Origin: a bacterium
Lineage (GTDB): Bacteria > Zhuqueibacterota > QNDG01 > DTFT01
Length of the DNA stretch: 58,029 bases
NCBI GenBank assembly: GCA_030372965.1
Contig: JAUCQC010000170.1
Span: 1-58,029 of the forward strand
Direction: 5' to 3'
Under the pieces are notes generated by a model. It saw only the letters and a list, made by a program, of their open reading frames with translations. It was not told the DNA's origin and ran no database searches. Position 1 is the stretch's first letter; every line of letters begins with the position of its first letter. Made by a program: the position numbers and the translations under genes. Shown here one piece after another: positions 48,816-58,029 of this stretch.

Positions 48816-51800
48816 ATGATATTATCGAAGATCGAAATCCTCGGATTCAAATCGTTCGCCCGCAAAACGGAACTGCGCTTCGACGGCCGGATCACCGCAG
48901 TGGTGGGACCGAACGGCTGCGGCAAGACCAATATCGTGGATGCCCTCCGCTGGGGGCTCGGAGAACAGCGCTATTCGGTGCTCCGAGCCGACCGGATGGA
49001 GAACGTCATTTTCGGGGGCGCCCAGTCCTCCAAGCCTCTCGGCATGGCCGAGGTTTCCCTCACTTTCGACAACTCGGCTCACCTGCTCCCCATCGACTAT
49101 AAGGAAGTGATCATCACCCGCCGGCTGTACCGGTCCGGCGAGAGCGAATACCTGCTGAACAAGTCGCAGGTGCGCCTCAAGGACGTGCATGACCTGATCA
49201 TGGACACGGGCATCGGAACGGGCATGTATTCCGTGATCGAGCTCAAGATGGTCGAGGACATCATCAGCGAGAAGGCGGAGGACCGGCGCAAACTCATCGA
49301 GGAGGCCGCCGGGGTCACGAAATACAAGCACCGCCTCAAGGCGGCCATCCGCAAGCTCGAGGCCACCCAGCAGGACCTGCTCCGGGTGAACGACATCATC
49401 GGCGAAATCGACCGGACAGTGCGGTCGCTGGGCCGGCAGGTGCAGAAGGCTCGGCATTATCAGGTGCTCGAGGAGCGGCTGAAGGCGTTCGAGCTGGACC
49501 GCGGCGGATTTCTGCTCCGCCAGTTCCGGAACCGGGAGGAGCCGCTTCGCGCGGCGATCGACGACTGCCAGCGACGCAAGGAGGGCAGCACGACCGAAAT
49601 CTCCCGGGAGGAGGCGGATCTCGAGAGCGTCCGGCTGCAGCTCGCCGAACGGGAGAAGGCTTTTGTCGCGGCCCAGGAAGTCCTGACCGCCCTGACCGAA
49701 ACCATCCATCGCGGGGAGACCGATCTTCGCGTGGGCCGGGAGCGCATCGAAGGATTGAAGGACCGCATCACCCGGTACGGGCAGGAAGTGGAAAACCTCG
49801 TCCAGCGCCGCGAGGAGCAGAAGACCCACCTCGAGAGGGCCGCGGCCGAACGGGAGGCCCTGCAGGTCCGGATCACGAGCACCGGCAGGCTCTTCAACAA
49901 CAAGAAAATGGAACTCGACGTGTTCCAGCAGGGCCTGAACCTCAAGCGGCTGGACCTCAACAAGAAGAAGCAGGAGATCATCGGCTGCCTGGAGGAAGTG
50001 AGCCGCCTCAACAACGAGGAGACCCAGCACCGGGCGCGCATGGACAACAACCGGGGGCGGCTCGAGCGGCTGGACGAGGAGGATGCCGCCTTCCGGAACG
50101 ACCAGACCCGGGTGCAGGAAAGCCACACCGCGGTAGAGACCGATTTCAGCGCGCTGTCCGAACAGCGCGGCCAGATCCGGGCGGCGATGGAACGCGCGGC
50201 CGAGGAAATCGAACGCCACCGAAAGGCGCTCGAGTCGGCCAAGGAGCAGTATTTCCGCGACCAGGGCGAACTCGACAATCTTCAGGGACGGAAGAGCTTC
50301 ATTCAGCACATCCTCGAGAGCCGGGAGGGCATGAGCGACGGGTCCAAGCGCCTGCTCGAGCAGAATCCCGAGGGCCTGGTGGGCGTTCTCGCGGACCTCA
50401 TCGAAACAGCCCCGGAATACAGGCCCGCAGTGGAAATCGGCCTCGGCGAGGCGGCCCGCTACGTGGTGTTCAGCGATTTCGGCAGGGCGGTCTCGGCGCT
50501 TGAGCGGCTGAAGCGGGGCGGCGGCGGACGCGCGGCCCTGGTGTCCCTCGACCGGCTCTCCAAGGCGCCCCCGCCCAGGCCCCATCCGGCGCTTCCGGAA
50601 GGCGCGTCGGCCATCGGATGGGCGGATGAGCTCGTGCGTTTCGACCCCGCGGTCCGGAGCCTGGCCCAGCTGCTCCTGTCCGACCTGCTCATCGTCCGGG
50701 ACCTGGATTCCGCGAAACAGTCGGTCGAGGCCATGGCCGGGCTGGGAATCCGCGCGGCCACGCTCGAGGGGGAGCTGGTCAGCGACTGGGGCGTGATGGA
50801 GAACAATCCGACCACCACGCAGGACACGAGCCTCGTCGGCCGCAGGCAGCGCATCGCCGAGCTCGAGGAGCGCATCGCCGGCATCGTCCGGCAGAACGCC
50901 GAAGCGGAGAGGCGCATGGCCGAGATGGAGTCGCGGATCGGCGAACTCCAGAAGGAGCGCGAACTGGCCGAGCGGTCCGTCCGAGAGCTCGAGACGCGCA
51001 TTCTCGCCGTCGAGAAACAGCGCACCAAGACCCAGGTCGAGGGGGAGAAGGCCCAGGACGGCCTTCGGCGGAACTCGGAGGAGCGCGAAAAGCTGCTGAA
51101 GGAGCTGGAGAAGGGACGCGATCTGCTCGAGAGCCTGCGGCCCCGCGTGCAGTCCCTGCTCGAGGACCGGGAGCGCAACGAGACGCTGGCGGCCCACATC
51201 CAGACCGAAGTGGAGCGGCTGGAGGGCGAGGGCAAGAAGATGGAGGAGGAGGTCCACCGGCTCAACATCGCGGTGGTCCGGCACAACGGAGAGGCCCAGA
51301 ATCTCGATTACGACATCGAGCGGTCGAAGAAACTGCTCGCCGAAATCGAGGCCACCATCACCCAGCGTGGCGTGGAGACCGAACAGGCCGAGGCCGACAT
51401 CCGGCGGCTCACGGAGGAGACGGCCGGCATCGAACAGCGCCTGCTCGAGCAGCTTCAGGAGAAAGAGGACAAGGAAGCCGAGAAGCGGCGGCGTGAGGAG
51501 GAATTCCAGGCGCTGAGGGAGACCCTCGAAACCAAGGAGAAGGAAGTGCGGCAGGTCCGGCGCGACCGCGAGGAGGTGTCGGAGAAGATACACGGCCTGC
51601 AGATGGAAATATCCGAGATCGAGCACCAGGTGCTGACGCTGCGGAACCACCTGTGGGAGAATTTCGGCGTCGAGCTTGAAAAACTGTCGTGCCCCGATCC
51701 GTTCTCGCTCGAAGAGGCCGAAAAGGGCATCGAGGACATGAAGCGGCGCATCAAGAACCTGGGCCCCGTGAACATCGCCGCGCTCCAGGAGTACGAGCAG

Positions 51801-52391
51801 CAGAAAGCCCGGCTCGATTTTCTGCTGCAGCAGAGGGAGGACCTGCTCTCCGCGGAAAACACGCTCAAGGAGACCATCACCAAAATCAACGAGACGGCGC
51901 GCGAGCGGTTCCAGGAGGTCTTCAACCAGGTCCGCGTCAATTTCAGGCAGACGTTCTCCCGTTTCTTCCAGGGCGGCGAGGCGGATCTGCGGATGGCGGA
52001 GGGCGAGGACGTGCTCGAGGCCCAGATCGAGATCCTGGCCCGGCCGGCCGGCAAACAGCTGCGCGCGCTCGACCTGCTGTCCGGGGGCGAAAAGGCGCTG
52101 ACCGCGATCTCGCTCCTGTTCGCCATGTACGAGGTCAAGCCCAGCCCCTTCTGCATCCTGGACGAAATCGACGCCCCGCTCGACGACGCGAACGTGGAGC
52201 GGTTCACCAACGCGCTGGCGGAATACGCCGAGAAGACGCAGTTCGTCATCGTCACGCACAACAAGCGGACCATGCGATGCGCCAAGGCGATGTACGGGGT
52301 GACCATGGAGGAGGAGGGCGTGTCGAAGATCGTGTCCGTGAAGTGGGAGGACGAGGAGGTGCCCCGGCCGGCCCAGGTCGCAGCGGCCTGA
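48816..52391 (+). CDS. smc: Chromosome segregation protein SMC
   Basis: [14 protein letters not shown], long coiled coils, hinge (GVLADLIE..., TLEGE), [24 protein letters not shown]. Confidence 0.97.
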   Translation: MILSKIEILGFKSFARKTELRFDGRITAVVGPNGCGKTNIVDALRWGLGEQRYSVLRADRMENVIFGGAQSSKPLGMAEVSLTFDNSAHLLPIDYKEVIITRRLYRSGESEYLLNKSQVRLKDVHDLIMDTGIGTGMYSVIELKMVEDIISEKAEDRRKLIEEAAGVTKYKHRLKAAIRKLEATQQDLLRVNDIIGEIDRTVRSLGRQVQKARHYQVLEERLKAFELDRGGFLLRQFRNREEPLRAAIDDCQRRKEGSTTEISREEADLESVRLQLAEREKAFVAAQEVLTALTETIHRGETDLRVGRERIEGLKDRITRYGQEVENLVQRREEQKTHLERAAAEREALQVRITSTGRLFNNKKMELDVFQQGLNLKRLDLNKKKQEIIGCLEEVSRLNNEETQHRARMDNNRGRLERLDEEDAAFRNDQTRVQESHTAVETDFSALSEQRGQIRAAMERAAEEIERHRKALESAKEQYFRDQGELDNLQGRKSFIQHILESREGMSDGSKRLLEQNPEGLVGVLADLIETAPEYRPAVEIGLGEAARYVVFSDFGRAVSALERLKRGGGGRAALVSLDRLSKAPPPRPHPALPEGASAIGWADELVRFDPAVRSLAQLLLSDLLIVRDLDSAKQSVEAMAGLGIRAATLEGELVSDWGVMENNPTTTQDTSLVGRRQRIAELEERIAGIVRQNAEAERRMAEMESRIGELQKERELAERSVRELETRILAVEKQRTKTQVEGEKAQDGLRRNSEEREKLLKELEKGRDLLESLRPRVQSLLEDRERNETLAAHIQTEVERLEGEGKKMEEEVHRLNIAVVRHNGEAQNLDYDIERSKKLLAEIEATITQRGVETEQAEADIRRLTEETAGIEQRLLEQLQEKEDKEAEKRRREEEFQALRETLETKEKEVRQVRRDREEVSEKIHGLQMEISEIEHQVLTLRNHLWENFGVELEKLSCPDPFSLEEAEKGIEDMKRRIKNLGPVNIAALQEYEQQKARLDFLLQQREDLLSAENTLKETITKINETARERFQEVFNQVRVNFRQTFSRFFQGGEADLRMAEGEDVLEAQIEILARPAGKQLRALDLLSGGEKALTAISLLFAMYEVKPSPFCILDEIDAPLDDANVERFTNALAEYAEKTQFVIVTHNKRTMRCAKAMYGVTMEEEGVSKIVSVKWEDEEVPRPAQVAAA

Positions 52392-52466
52392 CCGGCTTTC
52401 GCCGGGCTCAGGGTCCGGCCGGACCGGCTGAGATGGAGGAAATTCCGTAAAAAGTCAAATTAAGAC

Positions 52467-52494
52467 TTGACTTTCAGGCAAAAAAGCTTATAAT
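52467..52494 (+). promoter_or_regulatory. tRNA promoter
   Basis: TTGACT-N16-TATAAT, about 20 nt upstream of the tRNA. Confidence 0.75.
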
Positions 52495-52513
52495 GTATAG
52501 GCTTTACAATGAT

Positions 52514-52586
<73 letters not shown>

Positions 52587-52592
52587 CAAAAT

Positions 52593-52626
52593 AAAAAAGG
52601 ATCAATGACTTATTGATCCTTTTTTT
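52593..52626 (+). terminator. Rho-independent terminator after the tRNA
   Basis: AAAAAAGGATCAAT-GACTT-ATTGATCCTTTTTTT. Confidence 0.85.
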
Positions 52627-52696
52627 ATTTCACTGAACCGGGGGATTGATAACGGATTCATCGAAGAACGGATCGCATCACGCTTCGGGTGACAAG

Positions 52697-52756
52697 GGTT
52701 CAAATCCTGCCCCCCGCTACAAGTTAAAAAGGATCAATGAGTCATTGACCCTTTTT
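52697..52756 (+). repeat. Direct repeat of the tRNA 3' end plus terminator (att-like)
   Basis: GGTTCAAATCCTGCCCCCCGCTACAA..AAAAAGGATCAATGAGTCATTGACCCTTTTT versus 52565-52626. Confidence 0.85.
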
Positions 52757-52824
52757 CTATTTAGAACCTCCCGCGGGTTGTTAAAAAACCGCAGGAGGTT
52801 CTTGTGCCGTAGCGAAAAACCGGC

Positions 52825-52965
52825 AGCCCACGGCTGAAGCCGTGGGTCAAGGATTTGCCCAAAAGCAATGCAAACCGATTTTTCGGCTTCCATTCCGTGA
52901 AACCGTTGAAACGGTCTGATACGATTGCTTCTCTTTCGCCATCCCCACGGTTAAAACCGTGGGCT
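52825..52965. repeat. REP-like palindrome cluster (inverted pair with central half-related hairpin)
   Basis: AGCCCACGGCTGAAGCCGTGGG, AAACCGTTGAAACGGT, CCCACGGTTAAAACCGTGGGCT. Confidence 0.75.
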
Positions 52966-52972
52966 GAGAAGG

Positions 52973-55360
52973 TCAGAATGAAACGATCTGTTCGATCCCC
53001 GAATAGGCAACGGTCCTGTCCGGACTTCGCGTGATCTCCACCCCGGTTCCCCGTCTTTCTCCAGCCACTACGACATGAAACGTCCGGTTCTTCAGCATGC
53101 CCGGAAAGCTTCCATTTCTCTTTCCGATCGTCAATCTGCGGGCCTGATCGTCCCATTTCAAATTGATTGTCGAATAAACGCCCTTCTCGTAATTGTAATT
53201 GTCGTTCTCATCCTCATACAGAGTGAAGTCCCCGTTCGCGCCCGGATAGATTCTCAGTTCGATCGGATCCGCGGATTCGGCCGCGTACTGGATGAAAGGC
53301 CCCATGGGCACAATGGATCCGGCCCTCACGAACAGCGGCATTTCATGCAGGGGAGCCGGAACGGGGAAGGTTTGCCCGCCCGAATACCTCTCTCCCGTCC
53401 AGAAATTGTACCAGTCCGCATCCAATGGCAGGTAAACCGCACGATACGTGACACCCGGCCGCGTGACCGGATTCACCAGTATGGACGGACCGAACATGAA
53501 CTGGTCGTCGATTTCGAACACATGCGGATCCTGTCCGAAATCCATGGCGAGGCCCCGCATCATCGTATACCCTTCGTCCGTCACCTTCCACGCAGTCGAA
53601 TAGATGTAGGGCATCAGGCGGTACCTGAGGTTGTCGAATTTCAGGAGCGTGTCATAGGCCCTGGTTCCCGGCTCGCCGAAACGCCAGATTTCCCTGGGGA
53701 AATCGGTGCCGTGGGCCCGGAAGATCGGGCAGAAGGCGCCGTACTGGAACCACCGGACGTACAGCTCTTTGTAACCCTCGTCCGCGATCCCCCCGTCGAA
53801 ACGGCCGTTCCGAAACCATCCGCCCCGGCCCAGCCCGCCCACTCCGGAAGACTGGATGAAGAACGCGCCGATATCCGTGGTCCAGTAGGGAATGCCGGAC
53901 ATGCAGAAGTTCAAACCCGCGGGAATCTGGTTCCGGAAGACGTCCCAGTCCGCGGTGATGTCGCCGGACCAGGTGATGGCCGCGTATTTCTGCTGGCCCG
54001 AAAAAGCCGACCGGGTCAGATTGACGACGCGCTTGTCTGCAGTGACGCGCCGCTGATTCTCGTAAATCCCCTTCGCGTGCATCAGGGAATAGGCGTTCAT
54101 GTAGCGGCTGCCCGATCCGATCGAGGGCTTCATTTTCGTCCGGAAAGCGTCGCAGTTGAGGTCCCACCCGTCCAGCTCGGGCTCAGAGGCGTCGCACCAC
54201 CAGGCGTCGACACCCTTCGAGAACAGGCCCCTGTCGGCCTGCTCCCAGTACAGACTCCTCGCCTCCGGATTGAATGCGTCGTAAAACGGGTCCGAATCGG
54301 AGGGGTAGAGAAAACCGGCATGGGCGGCCATCTCGTTGTGATCGGGTGACCGGGAGGACATTTTCGGCCATATTGAGATCATGAAATGCGCGTTGTGATC
54401 GGTGTGCAGGGTCCGCAGCATGGCTTCCGGATCCGGAAACCGGTCGCGGTTGAAGCTCTTCTGGCCCCACATGCCGTCGTCCCAGTATTGCCAGTCCAGC
54501 ACGACGGCGTCCATCGGGATGCGGCGCTGCCGGTATTCCCGGGCGATGTCCAGAATCTCCTGCTGTGACTGATACCGCTCCTTGGACTGGATGTATCCGT
54601 ACGTCCATTTGGGAAACAGCGGCGCGTCGCCGGTCAGTTTCCGGTAATTCCGGATAACCGCATCCGGTTCCGGGCCGTATATGAAGAAGTAGCTGATCGC
54701 GTCGCCCGCTTCGGACCAGACAAAAGACCCCGCGGACGTGTCGTTGAATTTGGTATAGGAGCAATTGTCCCACAGGATTCCGTACCCGTTCGTGGACAGA
54801 AGAAACGGGACCACGGCTCTCATGTTGTATTGGAACATTTCGACGTAATGGCCCCGCCAGTTGAATGTCCCCTCCTGGTGCTGGCCCAGGCCGTACAAGG
54901 CCTCACCTTGAAGCCATTGAAACGACTGCTGAATATGGTTGACTTTTTCCCCTGCAACCACTGCGGGGATGATCCGTCCGGATCCTTCCCGGAAAATTAA
55001 TCTATCGTTTGAATCCCGAATGGCGGCTTCTCCTGTTCTGGAATCGAGGAGGATAATGAGTTTCCCTGTGAGGAGACGGATTTCGGGACCTCGCTCCTCG
55101 ACCGTGAATTGGCTTCCGGACGGCTTGACGCCCTCGGTGACGAGACTGGACGGGATCGGATCGGAATCCGAAGGGGTTCGGACAATCTGAACGATGTCGT
55201 CCGTGAGGGCCCGGATGATCAGTTTTTTCGCGCCGGTTTCACGGGAATTCCGGGGAAGAATGGAAATGCCGTTCTCCATCCGTTCATAAGACTTTCCCTG
55301 GAGGGTGCCGATCGCAATCAGGGACAGCAGAAAGAGGTGCATTCTCATTGTTATTTTCAC
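52973..55360 (-). CDS. GH31 glycoside hydrolase (alpha-xylosidase-like) with DUF5110-type C-terminus
   Basis: YGLGQHQ, QSKERY, VLDWQYW, nucleophile WWCDASEP, WSGD, WTTDIG, RWFQYGAFCP, LYEDEND; signal peptide; AGGAG RBS plus GTG. Confidence 0.93.
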   Translation of the reverse strand: MKITMRMHLFLLSLIAIGTLQGKSYERMENGISILPRNSRETGAKKLIIRALTDDIVQIVRTPSDSDPIPSSLVTEGVKPSGSQFTVEERGPEIRLLTGKLIILLDSRTGEAAIRDSNDRLIFREGSGRIIPAVVAGEKVNHIQQSFQWLQGEALYGLGQHQEGTFNWRGHYVEMFQYNMRAVVPFLLSTNGYGILWDNCSYTKFNDTSAGSFVWSEAGDAISYFFIYGPEPDAVIRNYRKLTGDAPLFPKWTYGYIQSKERYQSQQEILDIAREYRQRRIPMDAVVLDWQYWDDGMWGQKSFNRDRFPDPEAMLRTLHTDHNAHFMISIWPKMSSRSPDHNEMAAHAGFLYPSDSDPFYDAFNPEARSLYWEQADRGLFSKGVDAWWCDASEPELDGWDLNCDAFRTKMKPSIGSGSRYMNAYSLMHAKGIYENQRRVTADKRVVNLTRSAFSGQQKYAAITWSGDITADWDVFRNQIPAGLNFCMSGIPYWTTDIGAFFIQSSGVGGLGRGGWFRNGRFDGGIADEGYKELYVRWFQYGAFCPIFRAHGTDFPREIWRFGEPGTRAYDTLLKFDNLRYRLMPYIYSTAWKVTDEGYTMMRGLAMDFGQDPHVFEIDDQFMFGPSILVNPVTRPGVTYRAVYLPLDADWYNFWTGERYSGGQTFPVPAPLHEMPLFVRAGSIVPMGPFIQYAAESADPIELRIYPGANGDFTLYEDENDNYNYEKGVYSTINLKWDDQARRLTIGKRNGSFPGMLKNRTFHVVVAGERRGTGVEITRSPDRTVAYSGIEQIVSF

Positions 55361-55481
55361 GGCGGACTCCTGTCCATTCAGTTGATTCGGAGGTACATGA
55401 CGGTCGTATCCCCGGGAACACAGTCTTTACTGTGCAGTCCGCAGGGTGAGGCTGGACGTGAGGATATACGATCCGATAAAC

Positions 55482-55607
55482 AATATAATAATCCGTCAAT
55501 TCACGCGCAAGGCCGTTGAAAATGTTAAGTTAAGTGGCTGCCATTCCTGAAAAGTTCGAACCTGTCTCGATCCAATTCTTGATTCATTGCCGGTTCCGTC
55601 CTATATT
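55482..55607. promoter_or_regulatory. Divergent promoters for the GH31 and GIY-YIG genes
   Basis: Minus: TTGCGC-N17-TATATT (55510-55482); plus: TTGATT-N17-TATATT (55579-55607). Confidence 0.55.
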
Positions 55608-55633
55608 GGTGTGACCATTCCGCCGGGGGCATC

Positions 55634-55948
55634 ATGAACACGGAGAAGACGGCCGCGGACCGGAACAGGAAGGTTCGGGCCGGTGTTGTCAAGAAGAAGC
55701 GGAAAATATTTTCGGTTTACGTCCTCCGCTCCGCCGAAGGCCGCATGTACATCGGATACTCGCAGGACGTGGAAAAGCGCATCCGCCAGCACAACGCCAA
55801 GGCCAACCGGGGATGGACGCGGCGGTTCACGGAGTGGAAGGAAATCTACCGGGAGGAATTCCGCACGCGCAAGCAGGCGATGCAGCGGGAGCGGGAACTG
55901 AAAAAGATCAGAGGAACGAAGAAGTACAAGGAAATGGTGGGGATTTGA
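55634..55948 (+). CDS. Stand-alone GIY-YIG nuclease family protein
   Basis: VYVLRS..GRMYIGYS.DVEKRIRQHN...AMQRERELK. Confidence 0.9.
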   Translation: MNTEKTAADRNRKVRAGVVKKKRKIFSVYVLRSAEGRMYIGYSQDVEKRIRQHNAKANRGWTRRFTEWKEIYREEFRTRKQAMQRERELKKIRGTKKYKEMVGI

Positions 55949-55963
55949 CTGATCCTCAGGGAT

Positions 55964-56036
55964 ATGAAACCCTAAAGGGTGAATTCCGGGATGTCAACGA
56001 TTCCGCAGACTCGGAATTCACCCTTTAGGGTTTCAT
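55964..56036. repeat. Perfect 25-bp inverted repeat (REPIN-like)
   Basis: ATGAAACCCTAAAGGGTGAATTCCG-N23-CGGAATTCACCCTTTAGGGTTTCAT; each arm holds its own ACCCT-AA-AGGGT hairpin. Confidence 0.9.
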
Positions 56037-56077
56037 TAAACACATCATTTCCCGTCGATTTGGGCGGACGCGTCCCC

Positions 56078-57376
56078 CTACGATTGTTCCCCGCACGCTT
56101 TAAAGATGTTCTCGAACAACGGCTCGATCTTCTCCGCGGGCACGGCTGAGAACGCGACCCGGATCAGGTTCCCGAGCGCGATCACGCCCGTGTCGTACTT
56201 CGCGAGCAAAGTCTGGCGCACGGCTTCCGCGGAAAGCCCCTCCCGCAGTTCCACGCACATGAAATACCCGGAATTGAAGGGCAGCGGGGTGAACGCGTCC
56301 GCGTACCGCTTCCCGTTCGCGGCCAGCACTTCCTTCACACGCAGGTACCTTTTTTTCAGGATGCCGAATTTTTCCTGTTTGACCGCGTCATAATCCGGAG
56401 CGGAGAACCCCTCGAAAACCAGAGTCTGTGACAGATGCGAGGCGTTGGAGATGTTTCCCCGCAGGGCGCCCGCGGTCTTGTCCTCCAGCGCGGAACACGT
56501 CGCGGCCGTGATGCCCTTCGATCCGTAGGTCACGAAACCCACCCGGAATCCCCAGACGTAGTCTTCCTTGGTCGCGCCGTCGATCTTGACGGCCAGAAGG
56601 TTTTCGTGGGCATCCGCCAGGCGGCTGAAGATCGATTCGGTCGCGACGCCGTTCTCGTACACAAGCCCGAAATACGCGTCGTCCGCGAGCACGAGCACCC
56701 GGTGTCCAGCCTCCGCCTCGGCCGTCAGCAGGCGGACGATGCGGTCCTGTTCCGCGAGGGTCGGCGTGTACCCCGTCGGATTGTTGGGAAAGGTCAACAG
56801 TACGATCTTCTTGGGGCCCATGGCCTTCAGGCCCTTTTCGAAAGCGGCGAGGTCCAGTCCCGGTCCCTCGAATGTGTTGAAGAAGGAGAGTTTCGCGCCG
56901 TACGCCAGCCCGAACAGCAAATCGTAGTTCTCCCAGTACTTGTCCGGAACCAGGATGACGTCGCCGGGATCCACGAACAGGTACCCGGCCAGGCTCAGGC
57001 CGTGCGTGAGCGCGTGGGACACCACGGGAAGGCTGATCGCGCCGGACAGGGACGGGTTCTTGGCGCGGATCATCTCCTGCCACTTTTTCCGCAGTTCCGG
57101 CTTCCCGTAGCTCGACGCGTAGGTGAAGGACTGTTTCGGGTCGACGCGGAGCCGGTCGGCGATGGCGTGAAAGCGCATCGGCGTGCCGTCGTCCTCCACC
57201 GCGATGCCGATGGTGGCGTCGATGGCCTTGCCGCGCGCGTCCGCGGACTGCTTGACGATGCCGAGGTGCGGAAAGTAGACGGCCCTGCCTTTTTCCGAAA
57301 GCAGGTCAAAAACGGCCGGGTTGTCCCGCCGGATCCGGTCGTTGAGCGATTCGGCCTGGGGGTCCAAAGGTTTCAT
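56078..57376 (-). CDS. PLP-dependent aminotransferase class I/II
   Basis: ATIGIA, FPNNPTGY, DDAYFG, KIDGATKE..WGFRVG, NSGYF. Confidence 0.9.
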   Translation of the reverse strand: MKPLDPQAESLNDRIRRDNPAVFDLLSEKGRAVYFPHLGIVKQSADARGKAIDATIGIAVEDDGTPMRFHAIADRLRVDPKQSFTYASSYGKPELRKKWQEMIRAKNPSLSGAISLPVVSHALTHGLSLAGYLFVDPGDVILVPDKYWENYDLLFGLAYGAKLSFFNTFEGPGLDLAAFEKGLKAMGPKKIVLLTFPNNPTGYTPTLAEQDRIVRLLTAEAEAGHRVLVLADDAYFGLVYENGVATESIFSRLADAHENLLAVKIDGATKEDYVWGFRVGFVTYGSKGITAATCSALEDKTAGALRGNISNASHLSQTLVFEGFSAPDYDAVKQEKFGILKKRYLRVKEVLAANGKRYADAFTPLPFNSGYFMCVELREGLSAEAVRQTLLAKYDTGVIALGNLIRVAFSAVPAEKIEPLFENIFKACGEQS

Positions 57377-57459
57377 GAGACGATTCTCCTGAACGGATGG
57401 TACGGCTTGTGTCGCGCGATTCCAGAAGGTTTTCCGGCCGGATCGCCCGCCGCGGGGGC

Positions 57460-57988
57460 CTAGAACCAGAACACCGGCGCGAGGCAGGCGGCGCAGATGA
57501 GCAGGAATCCCGGGATCAGGGCGCGGCGGAACTCAGGCGATCCGGAGAACCAGCAGGCGCCCATCTTGAAAACGGTGTTGGACAGCGCGGCCAGGGCGAC
57601 GGCGATCGCGGCCGTGGCGGAATCGATGCCGCCCGCCGACTGCTGCAGCCGGCCGGTCGACAGAACGATGGCGTCCACGTCCACCAGCCCGGACAGCACG
57701 GACGTGGCGTAAACGCCCGAATTGCCGAAACGGATCCGGGCCATGTTCGTGGCCAGCAGGACCGCGGCGAAAATCGCGCCGAATTTCAGAGACATGCCCA
57801 GTTCGAACGGGTTGTGGAGCGGCACGCCGCGGTCGGAAGCGGCCGGGCGCGTTTGCCGCCACAGCAGGCCGGCGGCCGCCAGCGCGCAGGCGGCGGAGGC
57901 GGCGAGAAACGGCCAGCACCGGCCCAGCAGGCCCGGGTTGACCACCGCGAGCACCGCCCCGATACGGACGAACATCACGGTCCAGGCC
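57460..57988 (-). CDS. DUF4010 / MgtC-SapB family membrane protein, 5'-truncated
   Basis: NPFEL..SLKFG, SGLVDVDAI, SNTVFK; runs into adapter sequence. Confidence 0.85.
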
Positions 57989-58029
57989 CTGTCTCTTATA
58001 CACATCTGACGCTGCCGACGAGTTCCGAA
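57989..58029 (+). other. Nextera/Tn5 sequencing adapter (artefact)
   Basis: Exact CTGTCTCTTATACACATCT mosaic end plus GACGCTGCCGACGA, then 8 nt of probable index. Confidence 0.98.

Noticed and set aside
48822-52259. 1145-aa antisense ORF opposite smc (likewise 868..2760, 5238..6950, 13278..15068, 16403..17839, 20924..22480)
   Set aside because: Shadow ORFs expected from high-GC codon bias; they mirror clear genes on the other strand and have no family motifs
52640-52720. Second functional tRNA
   Set aside because: Only the T-arm 3' side and acceptor 3' strand match; no D-arm or anticodon arm can be built, and there is an extra C
57989-58007. Tn5/IS50 transposon end
   Set aside because: Followed directly by the Illumina adapter GACGCTGCCGACGA at the contig edge; library artefact

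Overview
This is a GC-rich, densely coding bacterial chromosome segment, most likely from an FCB-superphylum lineage such as KSB1 or Calditrichota. That placement is inferred from four secreted proteins ending in an N[YFH]PNPFN T9SS/FlgD-Ig-type sorting tail and from a TonB-dependent receptor. Content is mostly housekeeping, envelope and carbohydrate genes: corA, gcvPA, wecB, efp-accB-accC-gcvH-yciO, argH, an ABC-2 exporter, glmM, ppx, rsmE, a divergent ychF, smc, tRNA-fMet, GH5/GH31/GH114 hydrolases, a cellobiose 2-epimerase and two DUF4380-like proteins. I see no CRISPR array, prophage, integrase or transposase. The unexplained signal is mostly intergenic. (1) Several 7-, 8- and 9-bp-period micro-arrays recur, often as inverted pairs, and one lies just downstream of a four-helix-bundle gene with a repeat-expanded N-terminus. 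(2) There are at least five kinds of REP/REPIN-like palindromes, one directly behind a stand-alone GIY-YIG nuclease. (3) The tRNA-fMet 3' end plus terminator is duplicated. (4) A TTGnnn-N16/17-TATATT promoter consensus recurs. Several proteins have altered signature motifs: CorA SMN, redoxin SxxS, YchF without DxxG, and GcvPA with a basic tail. The last 41 nt are Nextera adapter. All family calls come from motif recognition by eye, not from database searches.
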